Shown piece after piece: positions 35,788 through 46,217 of a stretch of DNA of 64,000 bases (within the stretch, counting starts at the first letter, position 1; each line of letters begins with the position of its first letter). The notes under the pieces were generated by a model. That model saw nothing but the letters and a program-made list of their open reading frames with translations, had not been told where the DNA came from and made no database searches. The DNA is from a virus. A program made the translations under genes and the position numbers. The stretch lies in IMG/VR virus record IMGVR_UViG_3300030333_007705, positions 1 to 64,000 of that record; one strand, given 5' to 3'.

Positions 35788-36435
35788 CTAACAATAAATA
35801 GGAGGCTGCGGCTTCTGCTGCCTTATAAATAACTTTGCGATGTAAAAACTTAAAACCGCAGTAGCGATGCCAGAAACAACATCGGCAACAAAATGCTGTT
35901 TAATCACCAGGGTAGAGAAAGAGATACCAATTGCCCATAGCAAGAAAAACCTGCTAATGAATGGATTCTCTTTTGCATATTTTGTCTTCCGTGCGGCCAA
36001 AAACATCAGCCACGAAAAAGCAACATGGCCAGACGGGAATGTATTACTCGCACCGTCTATTGTGCGAGTAAATTCAACTAAAGTCTCATGCACATTTGTA
36101 ACCTCAAATGGCGCGCGCGGATATATCGCCGGCGCCGCGATATGAAATACTGACATAAGCAGGCCGGCCACTATGCAAGCCCAAAATGTCTGCATAAAAA
36201 GTGCTCGATGTTGTATATACCCCACCATAACCATGGCTATACAGACAGGCAGCGTATGATACACCCAGACAAACTCGGGCATAAAAGGGATCGCACCATC
36301 AATCTCAGTCCAATAGTCAACTTGTGTCTGGTGGACGAAATATTGAATGGTGTAATAGATGACAAGGTAGGCAAGGAACAACAATGCTGTGTAGATTACC
36401 TTGCCATGTCTCGACATAGAGATCTCCTGCAACAA
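35788..36435 (-). CDS. PAP2-superfamily membrane phosphatase/phosphotransferase (IPC-synthase-like)
   Basis: Multiple TM helices; NTFPSGH; QHFVADV. Confidence 0.8.
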   Translation of the reverse strand: MLQEISMSRHGKVIYTALLFLAYLVIYYTIQYFVHQTQVDYWTEIDGAIPFMPEFVWVYHTLPVCIAMVMVGYIQHRALFMQTFWACIVAGLLMSVFHIAAPAIYPRAPFEVTNVHETLVEFTRTIDGASNTFPSGHVAFSWLMFLAARKTKYAKENPFISRFFLLWAIGISFSTLVIKQHFVADVVSGIATAVLSFYIAKLFIRQQKPQPPIYC

Positions 36436-36525
36436 AAGAGAGGGAATGAGGTGCGCAAGATTTTACACACCTCATTCCTTAACTATCTAAATAAACAGGA
36501 AAAAGTTATTTTTTTTTGAAAAAAT

Positions 36526-36948
36526 TTACTTAATTTCAATGTTTAATGGGCGTGCCTCTTCCTTGCGTGGAAGAACCAACGTAAGAAGCCCGTTATTGAA
36601 CTCTGCTGTAGTATTATTTAGATTGAGATTGTTGTCATAGTTGACATAAGTTTTTGTAAAACTTCGCCTAGCAATCCGACGAGCATCATCATTCTCGCTA
36701 GCGCGGGATGCACTAACAGTGATGGTGTTTTTCTCTGGCTTGATCTCGATAGACAAGTCTTCCTTGGAAAAGCCCGCCAAAGCGAACTCCATAACGGTGT
36801 CACCTGTGTCATTCTGATACAGGTCAGCAACAGGATAACCTTTGGTTGTTCTATTCGTTAGAGCAGAAAAATCCATAGCATCAAACAAATCATCAAAAAC
36901 GCTCCTACCAAGAAGGCTAGGGCGGTAAGTGGCAAGTGTTGTATTCAT
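36526..36948 (-). CDS. Small heat-shock protein Hsp20
   Basis: YPVAD, ALAGFSKEDL, ARRSF, FNNGLLTL. Confidence 0.9.
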   Translation of the reverse strand: MNTTLATYRPSLLGRSVFDDLFDAMDFSALTNRTTKGYPVADLYQNDTGDTVMEFALAGFSKEDLSIEIKPEKNTITVSASRASENDDARRIARRSFTKTYVNYDNNLNLNNTTAEFNNGLLTLVLPRKEEARPLNIEIK

Positions 36949-37052
36949 AATATTTTCTCCTTAAAAAAGCAAGTTAATAAGCAAAAGCCCCTTGCAGCAG
37001 CAAATGCTCTTTTATACTATAAGAACATTTTTTTAATAGTCAAGAAAAATAT

Positions 37053-37388
37053 TTATTTCCACATCACCTGTATTGTTATTATGGCGACGGAGAGCACCAA
37101 ACACACCATAGTCTTGGGAACCAGTATAGACTCCTTTAACAGTGCGTAGGTCAATATTGCAAACACCATGTTAGATACCCCGAAACCGATCAGTTTGGAG
37201 GACCACAACAAGCCAGTCGCATCTACGATGTGTCGGATGGCATACCAAAAGCAAAGACCCATCGGGACAGCAAAAATAATGTTTGACAACATGGGTCGCG
37301 AAGACCACCAGGGCCAAACAAATTGTGAATTAAATTGAAACCAAGCAAGTACGTTGCCCAGCAAAAATAACATTACACCAGCAAACAT
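37053..37388 (-). CDS. Small 4-TM membrane protein (DMT/SMR-like)
   Basis: Four hydrophobic helices; LLKES. Confidence 0.6.
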   Translation of the reverse strand: MFAGVMLFLLGNVLAWFQFNSQFVWPWWSSRPMLSNIIFAVPMGLCFWYAIRHIVDATGLLWSSKLIGFGVSNMVFAILTYALLKESILVPKTMVCLVLSVAIITIQVMWK

Positions 37389-37399
37389 TCTTCACCCCG

Positions 37400-37753
37400 C
37401 TAATGAATAGAGGTAGATATAGACAACTTGTTAAGCTCGCTGACAGCATGGTGCCTAGCTAAAACAATGTTCTGTAAAGTCAAGATTGTGTTTTCTAAAA
37501 CCATCAAATGTTCGCCTTGTCCCTCATCAGGCATAGAAACCGCACTTTCAATTTCTTTCTCAAGGAGAGATATTAGTGTTAAGTTAGACCAGATCATCTC
37601 ACAAAACAAACTGAAAATGTAGCTTTTGCTCTCCTCCTCTGCATCGAGGAGCATGTCTTTTGTCAAGTTCTTCACCACGTCATATTGTTGCTGAGTCTCT
37701 ACAAGAAGCTCAACTAAAAACTCGAAAGACAGCGAATATACCTTGTTACTCAT
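37400..37753 (-). CDS. Hypothetical protein
   Basis: 117 aa coupled ORF. Confidence 0.55.
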   Translation of the reverse strand: MSNKVYSLSFEFLVELLVETQQQYDVVKNLTKDMLLDAEEESKSYIFSLFCEMIWSNLTLISLLEKEIESAVSMPDEGQGEHLMVLENTILTLQNIVLARHHAVSELNKLSISTSIH

Positions 37754-37994
37754 CTATTCCCAGGTGGTCAAGAAAGTCGGTGTACCCGCCAATAAACTTT
37801 ACATCGTTACCGACGCGCTTAAAAATCATTGGTACAGTTCTCCAGTCGTGCACCTTTTTGATTTCTGCTAGAATGTTCTCTTGCTCCGGCTCAAAAACAA
37901 CTTCGCCAAATTCCAAATCTCGTTCTTGCATGAGCTGTACGGCAGAAACGCAAAAGGGGCATCCAGGCTTAGAAAAAATTATATAACGATCCAT
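37746..37994 (-). CDS. Glutaredoxin
   Basis: CPFC, TVPMIF, IGGYTD. Confidence 0.92.
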   Translation of the reverse strand: MDRYIIFSKPGCPFCVSAVQLMQERDLEFGEVVFEPEQENILAEIKKVHDWRTVPMIFKRVGNDVKFIGGYTDFLDHLGIDE

Positions 37995-38811
37995 TTAGTT
38001 TGCCTCTCTCTTGTTTAGCTTTTCTGCTATTTGTTCTAATGGGCCAACAACATCAACCATCGTAGGTCCAGCGTTGGAGCGAATCAAGAACAAGCGCGTA
38101 AACTGAGTGTGCTCGCTCAAGCCATCCACCATAGGGGTGGTTCTTGAATTGTAATCTTCGTTAGCCCGGGCAACAATAACATGTTCTGGGTTAACAAGGG
38201 CGCGCCGAAGCGCAAAGTCTGTCTTTACTCGGCCAGCGACGGGATCATATTCTGACGCTGCTGAATATATTTCTGTAAGTTCAATCATCTTTTATCCTGA
38301 AATTTCGTAAACATCTTTTGCCAATACTGTCCAGTGCTGATTCTCATAAATAACACTTAGGATTTTTGGATCAGAGCCAGCCTCAGTCAGCAACAAGTTT
38401 CTTGGCTTTTCAAGTTTCATGTAGGTTTGTATATCTCCGCTTTCACGAAATCTATACAAATAAACCCCCGAGGGTGCATGAACTAAATCGCCTTTCTTAA
38501 ACTTCATCTTCTTGCTCCTCGCCGACTGGAGCCGTAGCTTGTCTCATGTCCTCAGGCAAATCAGGCGCGGACAGCTGCGCAATAACATTGGCGTACCCCT
38601 GGAGCATGCTAGTAACATCCTCAAGTTGACTATCGACGATGGCCAATCCAGATCGAACATGCTCAACAGAATCATTAAAAGCAGGCAAACTGGCTGTGGT
38701 CATGGGCGCTTTTGATAGTTGCGCCAGCCTTCTCCTGATCAGGTGTATTAGTTCATCAATTTTAGCTGGCACCTCATCAAAATCAATAGTGTGCGTAATC
38801 TTAACTTTCAT
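37995..38811 (-). CDS. Three small hypothetical genes (37995-38288, 38292-38507 SH3-like, 38497-38811)
   Basis: Tightly packed ORFs downstream of groEL. Confidence 0.55.
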
Positions 38812-40384
38812 TTTCTATCTCCACAATAGCGTTGTTAGTAGTAATAAGGGTGGAAGCAACAGAGACGGCATTCCTGAGTGCGGTTATGGTAACCTTAGCC
38901 GGATCGATGATTCCTGCTTCCATCATGTCGACAACCTCCCCGCTGGCAAAATTCCAACCGAAGCCTTCTTTCTCTTGTTGTTCCTGAAGCCTGGAGATGA
39001 TCAAGTCTGAGCTTTCCCCCGCGTTCGAAGCCATCTGTCTAATCGGTGCTTCGAGGCTTCTCTTTAATATCTCAGCCCCGAATCTCTGATCTTCGTTTTC
39101 TAATTCAAACTCCAGCTTGCGACAATTCAACAACGTCGATCCGCCGCCGGGGACAATCCCTTGTTCTTGGGCTGCTCGTACTGCCTCCAGCGCATCTTCA
39201 ATACGGTGCTTTTTCTCTGTCATTTCAACTTCCGTTGGAGCACCTACCTTAATTATTGCAACACCACTGTTTAGCCTAGTGATGCGCTCCTGCAGGCGCC
39301 GGCACTCCTCCATGTCTTCTGTTTGCTTTATCTCAGACTTGAGAGACTCTATCCTCTCTTCAATAGCTGGCCAGTCGGAGTTGCCGTCAACAATGGTGGT
39401 GAAATTTTTCATAATCTCAATTCTCTTACATGTACCCAAGTCAACCAGCTTTACGTCACCTAGCTTTTTTCCTGATTCACGAGACACAAAATTAGCTCCG
39501 GTGGCCAGGCAAAGGTCCCTCATGATGTCCCTTCGCTCATTGCCGTATCTAGGAGCCTTGACAGCGGCGACCCTCATTGTGCCACGAACTGCGTTCATAA
39601 TTAACGCTGCCAGGGCTTGACCCTCGACTTCTTCAGCGACAATCACAAAAGGCTTTGCTTCGCGAGAAACAAGCTCTAGAATAGGGAATATATCATTTAC
39701 GTTTTCTATCTTGTGATCTGTAACAAGCATGAGAACATCATCATAATCAACAATGTTTCTTTTTTCATCTGTAACAAACGCTCTAGCAAAATATCCAGAA
39801 TCAAATCTAAAGCCCTCGACAACATCAAGACTTGTTTGTTCGGCCTTGGCTTCTTCGATAGTGATAGCGCCGTCGGCTCCGGCCTGATCGGCAGCAGTGG
39901 CAATGAGTTTACCAATAGAGGCGTCGTTGTTAGCTGAAATTGTTGCAACATGTTCTATCTCTTCGAATGACGAGACGGGCGTGGCCTGATGTTCAATCTC
40001 ATTTACAATTTTCTCTAGCGCGTGGTCCATGCCTCGCTTAAGCTCAATCGGAGAACTGCCGGCAATAATATATTTTTGTGCATTAGCTAGGATGTCTCTT
40101 GCCAGCACTGTAGAGGTAGTCGTGCCGTCCCCTGCAAGTGCGTTGGTTTGCAACGCTGCTTGCTTCAAGACCTCGGCACCCGCGTTCTCAACCGGATCGT
40201 CTAAGTGAACAAAGTTGGCAACAGTGACGCCGTCTTTTGTTATGACGGGGCTTACACCATTTTTATATAAAAGGACGTTTCGTCCGCGTGGGCCGAGCGT
40301 AGCTGCAACGTTGTCAGCCAACTTGTCGACTCCAGCGAGTAGTTTTTCTTGCAAAGCGCGGTCGTGCGCATAGACCTTAGTCAT
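38801..40384 (-). CDS. groEL: Chaperonin GroEL
   Basis: TLGPRGRNV, ITKDGVTVA, AGDGTTT, GIVPGGG, GIIDPAKV; no GGM tail. Confidence 0.95.
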   Translation of the reverse strand: MTKVYAHDRALQEKLLAGVDKLADNVAATLGPRGRNVLLYKNGVSPVITKDGVTVANFVHLDDPVENAGAEVLKQAALQTNALAGDGTTTSTVLARDILANAQKYIIAGSSPIELKRGMDHALEKIVNEIEHQATPVSSFEEIEHVATISANNDASIGKLIATAADQAGADGAITIEEAKAEQTSLDVVEGFRFDSGYFARAFVTDEKRNIVDYDDVLMLVTDHKIENVNDIFPILELVSREAKPFVIVAEEVEGQALAALIMNAVRGTMRVAAVKAPRYGNERRDIMRDLCLATGANFVSRESGKKLGDVKLVDLGTCKRIEIMKNFTTIVDGNSDWPAIEERIESLKSEIKQTEDMEECRRLQERITRLNSGVAIIKVGAPTEVEMTEKKHRIEDALEAVRAAQEQGIVPGGGSTLLNCRKLEFELENEDQRFGAEILKRSLEAPIRQMASNAGESSDLIISRLQEQQEKEGFGWNFASGEVVDMMEAGIIDPAKVTITALRNAVSVASTLITTNNAIVEIENES

Positions 40385-40441
40385 AGATACCTCATTAGTA
40401 TTATAAGTCCAGATTACCACAAGTCAATCTTTTTTTAAAGA

Positions 40442-42136
40442 TTAAGATTGCTTACCTGGGTCGATTTTTAAGCCAGACTCTTCAGCCGTTTTCTTTTGAA
40501 TGTTTCCGGCAGAATCAATAGACTTTCGAGCGTGCTCATCTTCTTTCAAGCCAGTTGCAAAATACGCCTGAATGTTTGTGGTCAAGTCTTTGAGGCTACC
40601 AAAGATCTCAAAAATAGATTCATTAATAATCGCAATAACTCGATTCAACATGCCCTGAATAGCTTCAGGACCGATCTCAATTTCGGTTAAATACACCTCA
40701 GACTGGCCCTCGGGGAACAAGCCCTGGGTGTCTTGCTCGCCGTCGGGGCCCGCTGCAGCAGTGGCGATTCTTTCAACCATTGTGCGAGTCATTTCAAACT
40801 GATCTACGTTCGCATAGCCGTAAGTATATTTGAGAGCCTTCTTTTTCTGAGCGGTGCTTAGGTTGTTGTACGCGACCTGCGACTCAGATATGAGATCTCG
40901 GCCTTCGACGCCAGTGAAGTAAGCGCTCTTGATGGCGGCCTGTCTCTTCAGCGCGGCTTCGGTAGCCGAATACTTCTTTCTTATTTGTTCATTTGCATCG
41001 ATGATTGCATCTCGCATAGCCTTTCTAGTTCTCGAAGTCGTCTTGGGTTCAGCAAGGAACTCAAGCTCTTTAATCTTAACATCTAATGGCGTAGCCGCGA
41101 TAGAAGACTTGCCTCGAATGACTTCACCCTTGCCCCACATTTCATCATCTTTGGCATAGTTAACGGCCTGCACTAGGGCTTTAAAATCTATCTTGCCATA
41201 GATATCTTCAAGACCCCTAGTCTTGATTATTTTTGCCAAGTTTTCCAGAAACTCTTTTTCTAAAACTTCGGCACTTGGAAATTGTCCTGCTGATGGCAAG
41301 GCTTTCACCTTCCGACCCTTTAGAAAAGCCTGAGGTAAGATTATACAACGGCGCGACTCCTTGCTGGAGTTGGCAATGATGTTAAACACGTTGTCCAGCG
41401 TGAAGTTAAATCTATAAAATTTTAATACGCCAGCCTTCTGCAAGCCCTCGCCCTGCAAGGTCTTTGTAACGACGACATATTGCATTGGCTCGCCGGTAAC
41501 TAAGTCGTTCACTAAGTCAACCCAGCTACCTCCGACCTTCACTGAGCCGTGATTGTAAAGCTTCAAGCTGATCGCTACCTGATTAGCGTCCTTGAGGTCT
41601 GCAATAGTACCCTCGCCAGTCGGCACCTGTGTGCCACCTAGCAACACTGCTAAGAAGGACTCAAAAGAAAAGCCGGCCGAGGAAGCATTAAAGTGGCCAA
41701 TGATCGTTGTGAGCGTCTTGTAGAACACCAAGTAAGACATGACCTTGGAGATTCTTTCAGAGTTCGAAGTTCCCTCGTCCATACCCAGCATGCGAAATGA
41801 CTCTTCGTCACCTTTATAAAATCGTGAAAGGCTGTCGAGTTTATCTTTTAGATCTGCGCCCTGAATATTTCTTAGGAAATTGTGCAGTTGACCACGGGCA
41901 GTTTCATGGAAGCCTTCTTCCTCTTCGCCCACTGACACGTCAGACCAGCCAATTTCAGAAACAGGAATCTCTGGGATTGCCTGCATTGTGAGCGTGAACT
42001 TTTCTTGATTTTCGAAAAGCATTTGAAGCTTATCTCTACCCATTTCATATTCCGCGATCATCTCAAAGAGCATCTCTAGGTCAAGGTTGTCAGAGTAAAA
42101 GCTGTCTACAAGTGAATTAATTTTTTCTTCATTCAT
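40442..42136 (-). CDS. Large hypothetical late protein
   Basis: ACTATTTA 6 nt upstream; FESF...IAD...ISLKLY hints at a PD-(D/E)XK-like fold. Confidence 0.6.
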   Translation of the reverse strand: MNEEKINSLVDSFYSDNLDLEMLFEMIAEYEMGRDKLQMLFENQEKFTLTMQAIPEIPVSEIGWSDVSVGEEEEGFHETARGQLHNFLRNIQGADLKDKLDSLSRFYKGDEESFRMLGMDEGTSNSERISKVMSYLVFYKTLTTIIGHFNASSAGFSFESFLAVLLGGTQVPTGEGTIADLKDANQVAISLKLYNHGSVKVGGSWVDLVNDLVTGEPMQYVVVTKTLQGEGLQKAGVLKFYRFNFTLDNVFNIIANSSKESRRCIILPQAFLKGRKVKALPSAGQFPSAEVLEKEFLENLAKIIKTRGLEDIYGKIDFKALVQAVNYAKDDEMWGKGEVIRGKSSIAATPLDVKIKELEFLAEPKTTSRTRKAMRDAIIDANEQIRKKYSATEAALKRQAAIKSAYFTGVEGRDLISESQVAYNNLSTAQKKKALKYTYGYANVDQFEMTRTMVERIATAAAGPDGEQDTQGLFPEGQSEVYLTEIEIGPEAIQGMLNRVIAIINESIFEIFGSLKDLTTNIQAYFATGLKEDEHARKSIDSAGNIQKKTAEESGLKIDPGKQS

Positions 42137-42150
42137 GTTTATAAATAGTC

Positions 42151-42822
42151 CTAAAAAATGATATCAGCAATTCCTAGCTTAACTGCCTCTTCGGCATCCA
42201 AATATACGTTGGTTTTTTTGTTCATCAGCCGCCTAACATATTTCTCATCCATGTTTGTTTCTTCAGCAAGGGCCCGGACATAAAGCTTCTGTGTCATCTT
42301 GGCTTCCTCAAACTCATTGGCGATGTTCGCGAGATGGCCGTGCTGGCCGGAGATGACTCCGTGAATCATAACACGACAATTCTTCCCTATGTAGCGGTGG
42401 CCTTTTGTACCAGACGCCAACAGCGGAACGCCAGCAGACATAACCTTGCCTAAGCCATGTGTATAGATGGGAGTTTTGTCTCTTATGGAGCGTATTGTGT
42501 CGTATACTGAAAACATTTCTGCAGCGACGCCGCCGAAAGTAGATATGTAAAAGTCTATTGGTTTGTAAGTCTCAACTAGGCTTTTTTCAGGCTCGTCAGG
42601 ATCCATAGCAACCAGCTCTTTGCCCATCTCATGAAGCGCGAGGAGGCCATAAATGGCTTCCGAGCAGCGCTCTTCTGTGATGTCACCATAAATACCAGTA
42701 AATCTTAAATCTTGCTTGTCCATATAGCTCATCAGAGTTGCTAACTCTTCATTCGATTTTTCTGTCTTTTCTTTCTTCTCACCTTCATTAAACTTGTTCA
42801 TCTTGACTCCTAACTTCTTCAA
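42151..42822 (-). CDS. clpP: ClpP-like protease subunit
   Basis: ISTFGG, GKVMSAG (Ser), VMIHG (His), YLDAEEAVKLGIAD. Confidence 0.85.
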   Translation of the reverse strand: MKKLGVKMNKFNEGEKKEKTEKSNEELATLMSYMDKQDLRFTGIYGDITEERCSEAIYGLLALHEMGKELVAMDPDEPEKSLVETYKPIDFYISTFGGVAAEMFSVYDTIRSIRDKTPIYTHGLGKVMSAGVPLLASGTKGHRYIGKNCRVMIHGVISGQHGHLANIANEFEEAKMTQKLYVRALAEETNMDEKYVRRLMNKKTNVYLDAEEAVKLGIADIIF

Positions 42823-43150
42823 GTGCGTGAATAACCCTCTCCACAGTGGCCCAGTCTTTTATACCTAAAGAAGACCAGACCTCTGGAGGGGTGCTATTTT
42901 TCAATGAAAGAACGGACAAGTTTTGCCAATACTTGACCGCTTCTCTTATAATCGGCTTCTCCGCCTCAGTCGCGCATGCCGCAAGCAAAAATTGCTCAGA
43001 GTGCCTGCTGGCATATTTTGTGATTCCCAAGCAATTAATCAAGGCTGTGCGATATACCCTTAATTTAATATTGATTCCAAGCATCCTAGAAAGGAAAGCG
43101 TGACACAGGGCGCCACTAATAAATATAAATAAAGCTTCTGCTAATTCCAT
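42788..43150 (-). CDS. Hypothetical membrane-anchored protein
   Basis: N-terminal TM; SD GAGGT. Confidence 0.55.
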   Translation of the reverse strand: MELAEALFIFISGALCHAFLSRMLGINIKLRVYRTALINCLGITKYASRHSEQFLLAACATEAEKPIIREAVKYWQNLSVLSLKNSTPPEVWSSLGIKDWATVERVIHALEEVRSQDEQV

Positions 43151-43159
43151 TACTACCTC

Positions 43160-43190
43160 AAAAAAAAAGCAGAGCTTTCGCTCTGCTTTT
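43160..43190. terminator. Intrinsic terminator (bidirectional-type)
   Basis: AAAAGCAGAGC-TTTC-GCTCTGCTTTT with A9 tract. Confidence 0.85.
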
Positions 43191-43216
43191 CATTATACCA
43201 CTTTTACATCAATCTC

Positions 43217-43780
43217 TTAACGCTTCTTCAACAATCTTTTAGCGACGCGGCGGGTGACCTCTTGTACAATCGACTCCTCAAGATCGTCCTCGCCCTCGTC
43301 GCCTGCTGGGGCTTCGCCCCCTTCTTCGTCCTCTGGCTCATCCATGTCCATCTCTTCTTCGTCGCCAAGATCAGGCTCCTCCATGTCCATGTCGTCTTCA
43401 CCGCCTGCTCCGGCAAGGATCTGGTCAATTACATCGCGAGCAGTGCGAAGAGTCTCAACATCCTCCTCGCTGATCTGGACCTCTGCTTCGACTCCTTCAT
43501 CGCCGCCAGCCTCAGGATCATCGCCCATGTCCATGTCGTCTTCTTCGTCGCCCATGTCCATGTCGTCTTCTTCGTCGCCGGCCTCGGGGTCACCACCCAT
43601 ATCCATGTCTGCTTCTTCGCCGCCTGCTTCGTCGCCGGCTTCCATATCCATTTCGTCTTCTTCGGCCTCGAACATTTCTTCTTCTTCGAGACGATCAATA
43701 AAGTTTTCGCTTAGTGGGTGAAGATTCGCGAATTTCATCATCTTGCGAATTTCACCTTCTGATAAGAGATTCTTACTCAT
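43217..43780 (-). CDS. Highly acidic protein, possible prohead core/scaffold-type
   Basis: MSKNLLSE...; DMDMGDEED repeats; C-terminal LEESIVQEVTRRVAKRL; late motif upstream. Confidence 0.6.
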   Translation of the reverse strand: MSKNLLSEGEIRKMMKFANLHPLSENFIDRLEEEEMFEAEEDEMDMEAGDEAGGEEADMDMGGDPEAGDEEDDMDMGDEEDDMDMGDDPEAGGDEGVEAEVQISEEDVETLRTARDVIDQILAGAGGEDDMDMEEPDLGDEEEMDMDEPEDEEGGEAPAGDEGEDDLEESIVQEVTRRVAKRLLKKR

Positions 43781-43816
43781 AGTATATTCTCCTTGGTATA
43801 ATATGCATACTACAAA

Positions 43817-44056
43817 CTAAATAGACCCATCTGTAAAGAAACGACCTATTTTTTTTAAAACTGAATCTTCTATTTGTTTAACCCTGACAAAACTAATCCC
43901 GAGCCGCTCACCAACATCACGAAGAGTCATATTGCCATTCTTTTCAACCGCTTCCAGTGTGCAGTTTCTGTCTTGCTCAAAGTCTATCCAATGCCGGCAC
44001 TCCTGCACAGGACAAGAAACGCCCAAGCGTTTACATGTTTTCAAGCATTCTCTCAT
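43817..44056 (-). CDS. Cys-rich protein with stand-alone sigma70 region-4 HTH
   Basis: C..C....C..C...C then MTLRDVGERLGISFVRVKQIE. Confidence 0.75.
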   Translation of the reverse strand: MRECLKTCKRLGVSCPVQECRHWIDFEQDRNCTLEAVEKNGNMTLRDVGERLGISFVRVKQIEDSVLKKIGRFFTDGSI

Positions 44057-44391
44057 ATTCCACTCTCCGTCTCGATTATATCAAATATAGACTCAATTTC
44101 GTTTTCATCTAAATTAAATTTTTTAATATTTTCATTAGAATTTTTAATCATCTTGCTGGCTGAGGCGCGCTTGTGCTTGCCTTGCAGGTTCATTTCTGCT
44201 TTTTTCTCTGTCAGATAGCCCACAACAGCGGGGTGGTTGTCTATATAGCCAGACAGCATGATTCTAAAAAACTGAGATTGGCTGATGCCATCATGCTGGC
44301 ACCTGATCCTGAGCCTGGTTTGCCTGTCAAGAGAGTCATAGAACATGATTTTTTTTCTTTCTTTGGGCTTCGGTGCAGTTGGGTCCTTCAC
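44053..44391 (-). CDS. Ribbon-helix-helix-like DNA-binding protein
   Basis: KKIMFY...RLRIRCQHDGISQSQFFR. Confidence 0.5.
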   Translation of the reverse strand: MKDPTAPKPKERKKIMFYDSLDRQTRLRIRCQHDGISQSQFFRIMLSGYIDNHPAVVGYLTEKKAEMNLQGKHKRASASKMIKNSNENIKKFNLDENEIESIFDIIETESGI

Positions 44392-45413
44392 TCATTCCTC
44401 CACAATATGTGAGTTGCGCTCTCGCTCTGGCCGGCACTAGTTTGCAAAATAAACTCAGATTTGGCTTGAAAGTCCGCTATGTTACGGCAGCCAGAGTAAG
44501 ACAAGCCGCTCCGGAGGCCACCAACAATGTCACCCATAATCAAGCTCACGCTGCCTCTAAATGGGACAGTAGTTGACACACCCTCCGGCGTGGAGGATTT
44601 CCCGCGCCAGCTAGTCTGCGCAGCATGAGAGGCCATGCCTCTGTAAACCTTATACTTCTTGCCGTTGGCCTTGGTCAAGACATCGCCCGGAGTCTCAGAC
44701 GAGCCGGCCAACATAGATCCTAACATAACAAAGTCGGCGCCGGCAGCGATGGCCTTTACCATGTCGCCAGTAGTCTTTATCCCGCCATCAGCAATTATCT
44801 TTGCATCGTAGGTGCTTCTTGCGCAATCCATAACGCTCTGTAGCGTCGGCATGCCGTGACCGGTCACAAGTCTCGTGGAACAGATAGACCCTCCTCCGAT
44901 ACCAACCCTGATAGAGTCAGCTCCAAGGGAGGCTAGCTTATCAAACCCCTCTAAAGTTGCCACGTTGCCTGCCATAATGTGAACGTCATCACCAATCCTG
45001 TTTTTTAAGTTGGTTAGGCTGCGCTCAACCATCGCATGATCTCCGTGGGCGACGTCAATGCACAAGACGTTAGCGCCGGCATCCACTAAAGCAAGTGCAC
45101 GATCAATCGAATCGCCAGTCACTCCAATGGCTGCGGCAATAGTCTTGGCACCTCTAGAGTAAACTTGATAAACCAGCTTGGCCTGCTCTTTGATTGTATT
45201 ATATCGATGAATGACGCCTAGGCCGCCATGCTCGGCCATGGCCAAAGCCATAGTAGTCTCAGTAACCGTATCCATTGGACTAGAAATGACTGGCAGTGCT
45301 AGAGTGACGCCCTTGGACAAGGAAGAAGACAGGCTCACTTCTGACCTGCTTTCAATATCACTATATTTTGGCACAAGCAAAACATCATCGAACGAATATG
45401 TCTGCCTAATCAT
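44388..45413 (-). CDS. guaB: IMP dehydrogenase/GMP reductase family (no CBS domain)
   Basis: [46 protein letters not shown]. Confidence 0.85.
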   Translation of the reverse strand: MIRQTYSFDDVLLVPKYSDIESRSEVSLSSSLSKGVTLALPVISSPMDTVTETTMALAMAEHGGLGVIHRYNTIKEQAKLVYQVYSRGAKTIAAAIGVTGDSIDRALALVDAGANVLCIDVAHGDHAMVERSLTNLKNRIGDDVHIMAGNVATLEGFDKLASLGADSIRVGIGGGSICSTRLVTGHGMPTLQSVMDCARSTYDAKIIADGGIKTTGDMVKAIAAGADFVMLGSMLAGSSETPGDVLTKANGKKYKVYRGMASHAAQTSWRGKSSTPEGVSTTVPFRGSVSLIMGDIVGGLRSGLSYSGCRNIADFQAKSEFILQTSAGQSESATHILWRNE

Positions 45414-45696
45414 TTTCTACTCCTTTTTTTAGGGTGTCGAGCCTTCTCTTCAAGTACCATATTGCTTTCTCAATGTCTCTAATCGCTGTACCTTTATGCA
45501 TGTGTCTTGAAATATACTTCACGGCATTGCCGCAATTAAAATCAAGATCCCAATCTTCAATAACATCGATTGTTTCATATTTGCCCTGATTGTAGTGGTC
45601 TGGATGGTCGACTAAATTCAAGGCAAGAGTTAGAGTCTCTTCTTCCGAATTGTCAACACCCAAAAGCATTTTTATTGTCTTATTTTTATCTTTCAT
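45406..45696 (-). CDS. DUF3310-family protein
   Basis: VDHPDHY...ETIDVI...GNAVKYISR..HKG...DIEKAIWYL. Confidence 0.85.
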   Translation of the reverse strand: MKDKNKTIKMLLGVDNSEEETLTLALNLVDHPDHYNQGKYETIDVIEDWDLDFNCGNAVKYISRHMHKGTAIRDIEKAIWYLKRRLDTLKKGVEND

Positions 45697-45704
45697 CTTA
45701 TCTC

Positions 45705-46217
45705 CTAGAAGCCTGGTGGCATGCCATTGAGTGGGTGCCCGTTAGGCCAAACCTGCGCCTGTTGGGGGGTCACGTCAGTGCTGCCAAGGGCCCCATCTCC
45801 GCGCTTAGAAATAGAGATTGACTCACCATAAAGATCTCCATCTGCCTTTTCAGATAAGCGGAAGGGCACCACTGGAATGAGCACAAGCTGTGCCACCTTG
45901 TCGCCCGGACAAATTGATTGTTCGTGCCGTCCGACATTGTGTAGATCAATGAAGACCTCTCCGTCGTAGCCGGAATCTACGATGTGCGCACCAACAACAA
46001 GAGAGTATTTGGCACCCATTGAGGAGCGGTTGCAAACTTGCAGCATGTATCCATGCGGTACACCAAACCTCAAACCAGTTGGAATTAAACTATTTCCGGC
46101 TGGTGGGATGATAACCGATTCAGTTAAGTTTGCATACACATCCAGCCCGGCGTCCGATGGATTTGAGCGAGTTGGTGTTTTTACTTTCTCATTCTTCTTG
46201 CAGTATTCTAGAATCAT
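45705..46217 (-). CDS. dut: Trimeric dUTPase
   Basis: AGLDV, RSS, IVDSGYDGE, AQLV, RGDGALGST. Confidence 0.92.
   Translation of the reverse strand: MILEYCKKNEKVKTPTRSNPSDAGLDVYANLTESVIIPPAGNSLIPTGLRFGVPHGYMLQVCNRSSMGAKYSLVVGAHIVDSGYDGEVFIDLHNVGRHEQSICPGDKVAQLVLIPVVPFRLSEKADGDLYGESISISKRGDGALGSTDVTPQQAQVWPNGHPLNGMPPGF

Noticed and set aside
43254-43721. Tandem DNA repeats and Ser-rich plus-strand ORFs
   Set aside because: Explained by the DMDMGDEED low-complexity coding of 43217-43780.
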